Assembly: GCA_000165345.1 (NCBI GenBank)
Contig: CM000433.1
Span: forward strand, 608,001 to 672,000
DNA length: 64,000 bases
Direction of reading: 5' to 3'
Under the pieces are notes generated by a model that saw only the letters and a list, made by a program, of their open reading frames with translations, was not told where the DNA came from and ran no database searches. Each line of letters opens with the position of its first letter. Within the stretch, counting starts at the first letter, position 1. A program made the translations under genes and the position numbers. Below are positions 24,101 through 34,731 of the stretch, one piece after another.

Positions 24101-27100
24101 ATAATAAAGCTTATCCAGAATCTCAAGCTAATAATAATAATAATAACAATAATATTAATATTAATAATAATTTGGATATTTCTACTCCATGGAATGGATA
24201 TTATTGCAATGCATATAATACTTGTAAAATCAGATTAAATGTCTATGCTCCATTTTGGATTAATAATAGACAACATATACCAATTTATGTATTACAAAAG
24301 TCACAACTTTTCTCTAGATATAGATTAGGATCCAATGAATTTAAGATCCTTCCTACTAATAATGGAAAAAGTGATCTGGGTATTGCTTTAAATCCAGAAC
24401 TATCAAAGAAATGTCATTCTCCTTTTGTTCATATTGAAAGAGCTAATATTGTTGGAACTATTACTGTACCTTCAAAAAAATTCAATAATATTTCTCATTC
24501 TTTTGGTAATCATTTAAATTCAAGCTTGAGTAATCAAAATATTATTATAAGGGATATCATGTCAAGCAGTAATTTTGGATTAAAACTTGGATATTGTGTT
24601 ACAACTATTAACAATTTCTCCAAATCTCCAAATTTCATGATTAATATTTACAATAAATATATTATTGTTAATTATCATAACTTACCCATTTGGATACGAG
24701 AATCTAATAAGTTTGGAAGTTGGGTATATATTCCACCAAATATATCAATTCCTTTTCATCCATTGGATAGTAAAGATGTTTCTGTTATTGAAGTTACCTT
24801 TTTGGATCCAAAAATTATTGAAGAATATGAAAAAAAGTATCAAATCAATCTTGGTCATATTCCATATAAAACTTTACCTCTTTCTATTGACAATTTATAT
24901 GATATTCAAGTCAGATTAGTTTCTTCTTTGAATAATATTCCATTAATTAATACTAATAATAATCATGAAGAAAAAGAAAATATTAAAGATGATCAACTTG
25001 ATAATAAAATTGGAAATCTTCACTTTACTTACATTCTTTCATCAATTTCGATATATTCCATTAATTCATCAACATCTTACCAAATTAATATATATCCATC
25101 ACAAATCCCAGATTTTTCTATTGTTAATGAAACTCCATGTAATATATTTATTAGACAATTAAATACATCATCTTGGAATCATTTTAACCCTATTTCTGAC
25201 TCCAATTATGCTTTGTTGGATCCTTTTGGAGATCATATACTGGAACTTGTTGTTGGAGTTTCTTTAGGGAATTTTGATTTAGCTAAGATATCAAAAAAGA
25301 ATACAATATTACACAGCAAAAGAGATCATGGTAGTTTTGGACATCATAATAGACATCACCATCATCATAATTATCATCGTGATTCTATGGCATTTCATGA
25401 TTTCTCTTCAATACCTTTATATTTATATAATGATCACAGTATTCATTTCTGGTATAAAAATAAGAAAAATCTTAATTTAAATAAGGTATTAACTCATTCC
25501 AGACTTTTTATTCCTGAATATAATAGTATGCTTTATATTGTAATGCTTATTGAAAATGGTACAAGAGTTATCAACATTTCATTTGATAATACCTTATATA
25601 AAAGAAGACGTAATGAAATTAGAACTGTAAATCAAAGTAATACGCATATTAAGAGTAATAAATTCGATACTACTTCTCTTCAAATAAAAGGTTTAGATCG
25701 TGATGAAGATTCTGGGCATGATTTAAACCAAAGTAAGGTGAATATTAATAATATTATTGACTCTGATATTGGTCTTGAAGAAGGTAATGATGATCAGGAT
25801 CTTGTTCTTAATCACAGTGGAAAGTCTATCTTTAAGACATTGGGAAATAAATTAAAAAACCCAAAGAGATTTAGAAATAAAGATGAAAGATTAAATTATG
25901 GTGATGACGATGATGATGATGATGATAATAATAATAATGATAATGATGATATTGATGATCATTATGATCATGACGATGAAATTCAAGGAAATAATGAAAT
26001 AATTAATAGGGATAAGAGTAAATCTATTATTGGTGAAACGGGAGTAAACACTGAAACTAAAAATGTAAAATCATTTGAGACTATTAAAGATGGAGAAATT
26101 AATATTGATCAAAGTACAAGTATGATGACAGCAGTTTCTTCATTTGAGACAGAACTTTCACAATTCAGCAATTCCAATCTATCTAGAGTTTCTTCTGGTC
26201 AAAATTTATTCTTACTTGTTGACAAATTAAGACCTGAAACAAGAATATGTTTTGAAATGAATATATTATGTGATGGTTTTGGAGTATCATTCTTATCAAA
26301 TACTAATAAGGAAATTACTTATATGTCATTCCAGAAGATAAGCTTTAAGTTAGAGAATTCTAAAACAAATTATGAACAATTTCACATGAGATTCAGAATT
26401 ATTGAATTTCAATTAGATAACCATATTGCTACTTCAGCTGAAAATACAATAATTAGAAAAGCTACTCCAAATGAATTTCTAAGACTTTCAAAACTAAATA
26501 ATAAAAAGAAAGAAACAAAAAAAGATTCCAAATTAAGAAATGAATCTAATGAAATAAATGAAAATTCTAATAAGAATAAGGTTGTTAATGATGATTTTGA
26601 TGATGAATTAAATGGAATTGAAGATGATAGTTATTATGGAATAGAGTCATTACTTTCAGTTGGAGTTGTTACTTTAGGAGAAGTAATAAAGAAGAAGAGT
26701 GAGATTATTCATATTCATAATAAATTATTAGAATATATGACAGTTGGAACTCATGAAAATTTGGATTTATCAAGTAGAAATAAAAAAATCAAAGAAATAC
26801 TTTGTATGGAATCATTTCTTGATTTACAATTTAGTATTATTATGGATAATAGTAATGATATTTCTAATAAATATGGAAGTAATGGTGTAATAGAAATTCC
26901 TTATCTTTATTTTTGGATATATCCTTTAAGTATACATTTGGATATTGATACAATAAAGGAAATGGTTTCAATTTTAGAACAATTAATTAATAGAATACTT
27001 TCACCAACGGAAGAATTGGATAATACAAAATCAATATCTTTGCAAAGTTTACCTTTAGTAGAGAATCTTAAAAAAGTTTCTAAATATGTTTATATTCAAC

Positions 27101-30100
27101 TACTTTTAATGAATCCAATACAAATTTTATGTTCAACAAGTAAAAGTACTTGGAATATATCAGAAAACCAAAGTTCAAACTTTACTGACTATTATAATGT
27201 AATGAATAATATTGCTAAGATGGGTGAGAGTGAAGTTATTGTTCGTGAGATTCTTCCAATAATTCAAAGTTATGGAGTTGGAGGAGTTAACTTGAAATCA
27301 TTACTAAATTTTAAGATAATGAATAATTTTGGGAATCCATATTTGAATTTTAACAATGAATTAACTTTGAATAATGCTATTATAATGGAAAGGATTAATA
27401 TTGGAAATTTATGTCATAAGAATGATAAAAGTGAATGTATAAATGTTAATGTTTCAGAAAATGATATTAGAAAAGCTGCAATTACAGCTGAAGCTAGAGA
27501 TGTAGTTGGACAACTTGGAGATACTGGAAATATAACAAAGAATCATTTAGGTCAAGGTCAAATACAAAATAATTTAACAATGAATAAAACTGGAACTGAA
27601 TTTTTATTAAATATTTTACAATGGCTATCTTCAATGCCATTCTCAAATGTACCAATCGAATTTAAAGGAGTAATTAATGAATCTATATTTTTGGATAGTG
27701 AAAAATGTCTTGTTCAGATTGGAGATTTGTATAGACAACAAATATTTTCTCATATAGGTAAAATTATTGGATCTATTGACTTAATTGGTAATCCTATTGA
27801 TATTTATATTCTTGTTAAAGAAGGATTATTGGCATCCAAATATCATTTTGATCTTTATAAAAGAGCTACAAAGCTTAAAGAGAAGATTCAGGAGAATATG
27901 ACAAGAAAAAGGATTCAAAAGAATGAGAAACTTAATGGAAGGATAGATAGTAATAAAGGTATAGATTTAGATATAAATGATATGAAAAATTACAACAAAA
28001 ATATTGAAATGGTTGAGGTTGAGAATAAAAATTTGGAAAGTTTGATAGAAATTGGATCCTATGATAATATTGAAGATTATGACTATGATTCAATGAGTGA
28101 GGAAATAAATTATCAAACAGAGAAAGAACAGTTAGAAGAACAATATCAATATCTAATCGATTTTTGTTATGAATTAGATGAAAAACAAACAACAAAAACA
28201 TATGATGAAGAAGTTGATAATTTTTTGAAGAATAATAAATCATTAGTATTAAAATTGAATGCAGAATTAATGACTAAATTATTATTCTTTTCAATTAAAG
28301 AGATTATGGTTGGATTACATATTCTCGTAGGTACAGGAATTGCAGTAGCATCTCAAGTAATTGTAAGAATATCAAGTGCAATATTACATTTATTTGAAGT
28401 AACATATTTATTAGATCAAGATTGTTTAATGAGTATTTGGTATGGGACACCATTATTTATGAGCAGGTATATTGCAGATAATCCAAATAATTTGATAGAA
28501 GGTTTAATTACGGGATTATTACGTTCTTTATTAATAATAATGAGCATAATAATAAATTTTTGGCAGGTACCTAAAAAGATGTATAGACAGATGGGTAATT
28601 GGGGTATATTTTTGGGTATGTTTTTAGCAATAGTGAGAATAATACCAGCAGGCTTTGCATCTTTTCTCACTTTATTTTATGGTGTTTCTTCAGGTGTAGT
28701 TCAAAGTTTACGTACAAGAATCCCAGTAAGTCATATAAGAACTGTAAGGGTAATTTGTAATGGAAGTCCAATATTACCATATAACCCTCAACATAGTATT
28801 GCAACAATGATAATAGATTCATTAAAGTTAGTCAATGATGTGAAAGAATCAAATATAATAAATTTTATATCATTCAAGAATCAAACAAATAATTGTAGTG
28901 GATCATCAAGCTTAGATAATAATATTGATGATATAATATTGAATAATAAAAGACGACCTGTTGATAAGAGTGGGATAGAGAAGAAGTTTTTGATATATAA
29001 ATTATTGGAAAATAAGGAGGATTCAAGTTTAAGTCATTATAATGGTATAATTATATTTAAGGAAAGTATTTCATTATTAAAATCAGGAAAATTGGTTTGG
29101 ATGGTTCCATTGATAAATATTAATAGAATTAATCTATATTTGGTTTTAAATAATGGTAATAATAAATCAGAAGATAATAACAATAGATTAAATAGAAGAA
29201 GGATAAAGGATATATTTTATAGTAGAGAAAAGGGTAAGACAAGAAGGAATACAGCTTTTGAAAATTTGTTGGATATTGAGAGTCATTTCTTAGGTATTAA
29301 TAAGAAAGATGAAAATGAAAGTAATGGTGATGGCGATGAAAATAGTAATATTGGTGGGAATAATATCAATAATGAAAATATGGCAGTAAAAAATGATAAT
29401 AGTGGTAATAGTTTTAATAAGAGATCGTTTGAATTTCATCTTTTCATTAAACCATGGAGTTATTTGGATGATATAATAGAAAATAATACGAGTCAAAATA
29501 ACAAATCTTGTTTAAATAGAGCAAAAGGTGGAGGAACATTTGTAGGTGGTAGTTCAAAATTTTTTTCAAATAATAATAACAAAAGTTCTATTGGATTTGG
29601 TGATATAATTACAAAAAATGGAAGAAATCTTCTTCCACAATCAAAAAATATTATTTCAAAATTTAATAAATGGAAAGCTAAAAGAATGAGAAAGAAAGGA
29701 ATAAACTTATTTTCTGATAAGAAATTTATGAAACAATTATTATTACCAAAAAAAATTGAAAATGTTCATATTAATAAAAGATTTACTATGAATGAGAGAA
29801 GTCTTATAAACTTTAAGACAAATAACAAAGCTTTGAATGATTTAATAATTTCAATGGATGAGAATAGAGCAGTAATGACCAATTTTAATTTGAATAATAA
29901 TTCATTCATTTCATTTCCATCAATTACAATGTCATCATTTTCATCAGTAAATTTAGGTCAAAAGAGTTCTTCATCTTTTTCCAACGATAGCCAATTTCAA
30001 TTGAGTTCATGTAAACAATTTTCAGAAAAGATAATTTTTACAGTTGAAGATAAGGATGACGCAATTAAGGTATTTTCTGTTTTATCAAGGTATATCAATT

Positions 30101-30108
30101 CTGAATGA
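15111..30108 (+). CDS. VPS13: Giant VPS13-like bridge-like lipid-transfer protein (chorein-N family). Two ORFs (15111-22019 and 22135-30108) are joined across a run of ambiguous N bases.
   Basis: The N-terminus MFRYCSKITERVLYSTIKNVMNKIFTNFEQEQLSISLLGGSLEIRDLNIRKELFDDLSFPISLSDGIVGKVNIDVIW...VKITLDDVYVIF matches the chorein-N motif of VPS13 ([45 protein letters not shown]...IEDVYLL). The second ORF has no ATG, and its frame is open back to 22021 (GKRRGNSNLIKRRTERLSSEKSIKESIFDKLLVRKKSVLD). The break therefore coincides with the n characters at 21978-22134, and a frame shift is expected from the uncertain base count. The C-terminal region has amphipathic/hydrophobic helices consistent with an ATG_C-like region. 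His and Asp runs and a poly-Asn region are present. Confidence 0.7.
21978..22134. other. Run of ambiguous bases (n) / low-quality assembly stretch inside the giant VPS13-like gene
   Basis: Literal n characters at 21978-22010 and 22134. The ORF frame changes from 0 to 1 across the stretch, and the apparent stop at 22017-22019 lies inside it. Confidence 0.9.
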
Positions 30109-30491
30109 AATTTCTTTTTTTTTTTTTGTAAATATTTTACTCAAAAAGAATTAATTGGCGTAATAATACAATGGTAGTAAAATTTCCACCTTTTTTTCTT
30201 AATTTTTATTTTAATTTAATAATAATTTTCAAAAACAAATGTTGCATGCATGCAATCATTAATTTTTAACTTACGTGGAAACACGTAAGCAAAAAAAAAT
30301 TGCGCAAAATTTGCACATGAATGCCGGTATAGGAAAAAATTAGTGGTAGAATTAATTAATTATTTAATAAAAGAATTTTTTTTTTTTTTAATTAATTGAA
30401 TTAAATTAAAGTAAATAATAATAGAACAAAATATCTAATTTTTAATTATTTTATACTCAGATTTAAGATAGATTGAAAGAAGGAAATAATA

Positions 30492-32159
30492 ATGGATTTG
30501 GAGTTGAGAAGATATTATAATGATTTATTGTACAAAGCAGAGAAAAAAGAGAATGATAAGGATGATAAGAATATTATGAATGGAAGAATGATGTATAATT
30601 TAGTAATTGGAAATAAAAGTGCTGATTTGGTAAGTTAAAATTAGAAATTTATTTTTTTTCAATAATTGAATTAATTTTAAATAATTATTAAAATAAAGGA
30701 TTCAATAGTTTCAGCAATTACATATTCAAGAATATTAAATTTGATTAATAATACAATAAATTTTGATGAAAATAATAAAATATATGGAATACATTTACCA
30801 GTAATAAATTGCAATAGAAATGAATTAAAATTAAAGTTTCCATTAATTGCTTTAATAAATTATTTCTCAAATAATCAAGATAATGATTCAGGAGATGATT
30901 TTCAAATTGAAAATATGCCATTTATATGTTTAGATGATGATATAATTAATGAATTGATACTTGAGATGGAGAAATTAGATAATGAAAAAAAACATGTAAA
31001 TTTTGGGCATTATATAACATTGGTTGATCATAATACATTGGATACATTTCAAAAGAAGTAAGTTTAATAATTAAAAAAAAAAATTCTATCAATTAATTGA
31101 TAATTAAATTATTTTATTAATATCAGTTTTAATGAAAGAGTGGTTTCTATTGTGGATCATCATCAAGATTACATGACTACAAAGTCAAATTATAGATTAT
31201 CATTGGGAACTAATATAGGAAGCTGTTCAACATTAATTGGAAAAATTGTAAGTTAAAATTAAACTTGAGAAATTATTTTTTATTAATTTAATATGTAAAA
31301 ATTTAATTCAAGTGGAGAGATTCTTATGAAAAAGGAAAGATAAATCAACAAACTTTGATAGAAAATAAAATATTTCTCGAGATGATTGTTTGTACAATAT
31401 TAAAAGGTAGGTTTTATTAAAATAATAATAAGTTCGAATTTTTATTATTGTGATATTAAATATATATATACTATTTTAGATACTTGTAACTTTAACCAAA
31501 AATTATCAGGAAAAAGATGGAGCTCTTTAGATTTGGAAGTTTATAATTGGATAATAGAAATATTATCTTTAATAGAAAAAAATAATGAAGAAATCATAAG
31601 TAAAAAGTACACTGATTTATATATAAATTTTTTAAAGAATGCTAATCGAAATATAGATATAATATTTAATAATGAACTTATTGAATTATTTAAAATGGAT
31701 TACAAAGATTTTATTTACAATAATAAATTTGGAAATGAAGTTGTTATTATTGGCTATTCCAGTTTTGAAATTGATTTATTAGAGATAATAAAACATTATA
31801 AAGAGAATTTTCAAACAGATATTAAGAATTTTATATTAAATAATAAATTAAATTTATTTATAATTTTAAGTAATTATATATATAAAACAGAAGATCATCA
31901 AAATGAAGAAATGAAAAAAAAAATAATTATTTCATATATTAATAATGATCACAGTCAAGTTCAAAATCTTCATAATCTTGTAATTAAATGCTTAGAAACA
32001 ACAATTCCAGTTACTGAAATTAAGATGGAATCAGTTATAACAGAATTTAATATTCCCGAACTTTCTTTAAAGTTATTTAATATACATGATATGTCTTTTT
32101 CCAGAAAGAAATTGGAACCATTTGTTAAAGATATAATTAATAATAAGCTTCGATTTTAG
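30492..32159 (+). CDS. DHH-family phosphoesterase (exopolyphosphatase PPX1 / prune-like), 5 exons
   Basis: Exons 30492-30629, 30699-31057, 31127-31247, 31313-31406 and 31480-32159 give a 464-aa product. Introns are 65-73 bp with GTAAGT or GTAGGT donors and AG acceptors. The spliced protein shows DHH motif I GNKSADLDSIVSAITYS split across intron 1 (compare yeast PPX1 GNEGGDLDSVVSAIAYA). Motif II ITLVDHNTLD and motif III VSIVDHHQD are also present. The last exon is the DHHA2-like part. Confidence 0.7.
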
Positions 32160-34152
32160 ACAAATTTTTTGAAACTATGTACTCAGCATACAGATTTGAA
32201 TAATCTTTAATTAATTCTTTTAATTCCATCTTAGAATTTCCATGGAAATTAATTCTAGATATAGAACTAGAATCAGAATTGGAATCATTTTCTGAATAGA
32301 AGCTTGAACTTGGACTAGAAATAGAGCTTTGGCTGGAACATGATTTGGATCTGGGTTCTGACTTGGACCTAGACCTGGAGTGTGATTTGGATTTGGATTT
32401 GGATCTGGGCTTGGATCTGGATCTGGACTTGGAGTATGATCTGGACTTGGAGTATGATCTGGATCTGGATCTGGATCTGGATCTGGATCTGGATCTGGAT
32501 CTTGATCTTGATCTTGATCTGGACCTGGATCTGGATTTTGACTTTGAACAAGAACTAGAGCTTTTCTTTTCAAGCCTGGAATTTTGAATATTTAGCTTTG
32601 TATTAATTTTGGGTACCTTTTTGAAACTAGTATTATCTTCATTAATGGTACAACTATTAGCTTTATTGGGTACTAAATTGTTGGCTTTCTTTCTTGTAAT
32701 GCTTCTTCCCTTTCGCTTTGAATTGCCTTTTCTTATGTAGATCCTAGATTCTGTCTCAGACTGTGAACCTAGTTCTGATTCTAATTTACTAACCAAACCC
32801 CTAATCTTATTCATTTTTAACTCTCCATCTTTTTTAAATGATATTCTTGGTTCAGAAGCAGACCTAGACTTGGTTCTGGATTCTGATTTAAATCCAGATC
32901 TTGATCCAGACCTCGATCTAGACCTAGAACTAGAGCTGGAACTGGAGCTGGAGCTGGGACTAGAACTGGGGCTGGATTTAAGTCTTCCTTTCTGTTCACT
33001 ATTCCCAAGCTTATGTTTAACTCTTTTAATGCTAATGCTAACATCAGTATCAATGTAACTGTTTCCTTCATCATTATAACTGTATTCTGCTTTATCTTCA
33101 GTCTTTTCATGATTTTTCTCCTGTTCAAATTTGATATGATTATTAGCACCAGAATTGCTACTAGTATGAGGCCTAAGGCCACGGTTTTGTTCAAAACTTC
33201 TATTATTCATAGAATTATTTGCATTTGCCATTGGATATTGATCTTTAAGTTTACATGGATTATTGTTTTCCAATTTTGAATAGAAACAATTTTCATTACT
33301 TGGATTCAAATTTATTGAACTTGAAAGTATTTCATCCAAATCTGTTATGCTAATTTTATTTCTCAAATTAATGATTTGCATTCTTTTTGGATCAATCAAC
33401 AAAATTATAGGCTCCCTCAATAACTTGGACTCTTGCATAATTATTGATTTTAATTCGCCATTTTCACATTCAAAAGATTTACAATTACCATTACGAGTCT
33501 CAAATTGTTGGTATTCTAAATCCATACTTTTATTCATATTCATTTCCATATCCAGTCCAATATCAACTTCCAAATTATCTTTAAAGAAAGGACTCATATT
33601 TCTTAAATATTCTTTCAATCTTTGACATAATTGAAAGTAAGATTTGCAGATTCTATTATTACTTTTAAAATCAAAAGAAAGATAATCTCCATTTTCTCCA
33701 CTAGTATAAACTTTCTTCTCAAAATCCATAATTGAATTGCTCATACAATCCATACTAGTTTTCATTACATTTGTAAAATTTTCTAATTTATCCATCATCT
33801 TCTTCAATATCATCTTTCTTTCATTCATTAATTCATCCACCTTTCTTTCTACTACTTTTATTGCAATCTCTTTCACATATAGTCCATCCCTTCCTATACT
33901 TTCATTCAAACCTTGCAAACTTTCTTTCCATAATCCTAAACGATCCTTCATTATTTCCATCTCTTTCATTGAATCATCATACATTTTAATATTCATTAGC
34001 AAATCATTTCTGCTCATTTTATCATCTTCAATATTATCCAACTCTTCTTCAATCCTTCTTTGCTCATTTATATATTTGTTATAGTCAAGCCCTCCTGTCC
34101 CAAATTGACCATTTTCATCTTCCTCTTCATCTAATTGATATCTATTATTCAT
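32137..34152 (-). CDS. Arg/Ser-repeat (RS-domain) protein with an N-terminal coiled-coil-like region
   Basis: 671-aa ORF. It has a long RS dipeptide array (SKSKSRSRSRSRSRSRSRSRSRSRSRSRSRSYSKSRS...) encoded by (GATCTG)n-type repeats at ~32341-32556, and a second SRS/GSRS block at ~32866-32995. The N-terminal 280 aa are charged and helical. The 3' end overlaps the DHH gene by ~23 bp. Confidence 0.6.
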   Translation of the reverse strand: MNNRYQLDEEEDENGQFGTGGLDYNKYINEQRRIEEELDNIEDDKMSRNDLLMNIKMYDDSMKEMEIMKDRLGLWKESLQGLNESIGRDGLYVKEIAIKVVERKVDELMNERKMILKKMMDKLENFTNVMKTSMDCMSNSIMDFEKKVYTSGENGDYLSFDFKSNNRICKSYFQLCQRLKEYLRNMSPFFKDNLEVDIGLDMEMNMNKSMDLEYQQFETRNGNCKSFECENGELKSIIMQESKLLREPIILLIDPKRMQIINLRNKISITDLDEILSSSINLNPSNENCFYSKLENNNPCKLKDQYPMANANNSMNNRSFEQNRGLRPHTSSNSGANNHIKFEQEKNHEKTEDKAEYSYNDEGNSYIDTDVSISIKRVKHKLGNSEQKGRLKSSPSSSPSSSSSSSSSSRSRSRSGSRSGFKSESRTKSRSASEPRISFKKDGELKMNKIRGLVSKLESELGSQSETESRIYIRKGNSKRKGRSITRKKANNLVPNKANSCTINEDNTSFKKVPKINTKLNIQNSRLEKKSSSSCSKSKSRSRSRSRSRSRSRSRSRSRSRSRSRSYSKSRSYSKSRSRSKPRSKSKSKSHSRSRSKSEPRSKSCSSQSSISSPSSSFYSENDSNSDSSSISRINFHGNSKMELKELIKDYSNLYAEYIVSKNLSKIEAYY
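32341..32556. repeat. Hexanucleotide-type microsatellite (GATCTG / GATCTT)n encoding the RS dipeptide array
   Basis: Visible tandem gatctggatctggatctg... run. The opposite-strand spurious ORFs (DLDLDL..., IQIQIQ...) are artefacts of the repeat. Confidence 0.8.
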
Positions 34153-34492
34153 TACTTATACTTTTGACTGTTTTTATTACTTTCTTCAACTTTTTTTTAC
34201 CTTTTATTACCAGAAAATTAAAAAAAAAAGAAAACAGTCAAAAGAATCCAAAGATTTAAGAGGAAAAAAAAACAAATATACAAAAGTGGGGCAAAATCAT
34301 TAACAAATCCTTGCTAATAATCTAATCTACTCTCCAACCAAGTATCACACTTTTTTTCCAATAATCTATCAATTTTCTCATTCTCATCTAATAAATAATC
34401 ATAATTTAGCCTAATATTTCTCACAATCATCCTCGACTAATTTGTTAATCCTTATACTCACATTAATTCCTGTAATAATCCTCTACCATATA

Positions 34493-34616
34493 TTGGGCGG
34501 GAACCCCCCACATGCAATAACTAAATTTAAATAGAACTTGGCGGGACAATATTCAATTTGAACTTTGCATGTAAATTTTGGTCCACTAAATTTGACTGCA
34601 TGTGTGGCGGTAAAAC
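34493..34616. promoter_or_regulatory. Cluster of three GGCGG(GA) E2F-type sites plus GCATG boxes upstream of the RS-protein gene
   Basis: ttgggcgggaac (34493-34504), cttggcgggaca (34537-34548) and tgtggcggtaaaa (34604-34616), interspersed with catgcaa and tgcatgt. Confidence 0.45.
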
Positions 34617-34731
34617 TTCTACTCAGTAATACTATTAAAGAATGTTTAGAGTAATCATTTAGAGTATTTAAAAAAAAAAAAAGAAAATTAAAGAGAATGC
34701 TTGCGAATTCTACATTGAGAAAGAGTGAGTT

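Noticed and set aside
15111-30108. Interpretation as two separate genes (15111-22019 and 22135-30108)
   Set aside because: The boundary falls exactly on ambiguous n bases. The downstream frame is open through the gap region and lacks its own ATG. A chorein-N N-terminus with a C-terminal amphipathic region is the architecture of one VPS13-type protein. Kept as one gene pending resequencing.
32345-32587. Plus-strand ORF encoding a DLDLDLDL... repeat, and the minus-strand IQIQIQ ORF at 32369-32551
   Set aside because: Alternative-frame and opposite-strand readings of the (GATCTG)n microsatellite. The long minus-strand frame encoding the RS array is continuous with 1.5 kb of flanking unique coding sequence, so these are repeat artefacts.
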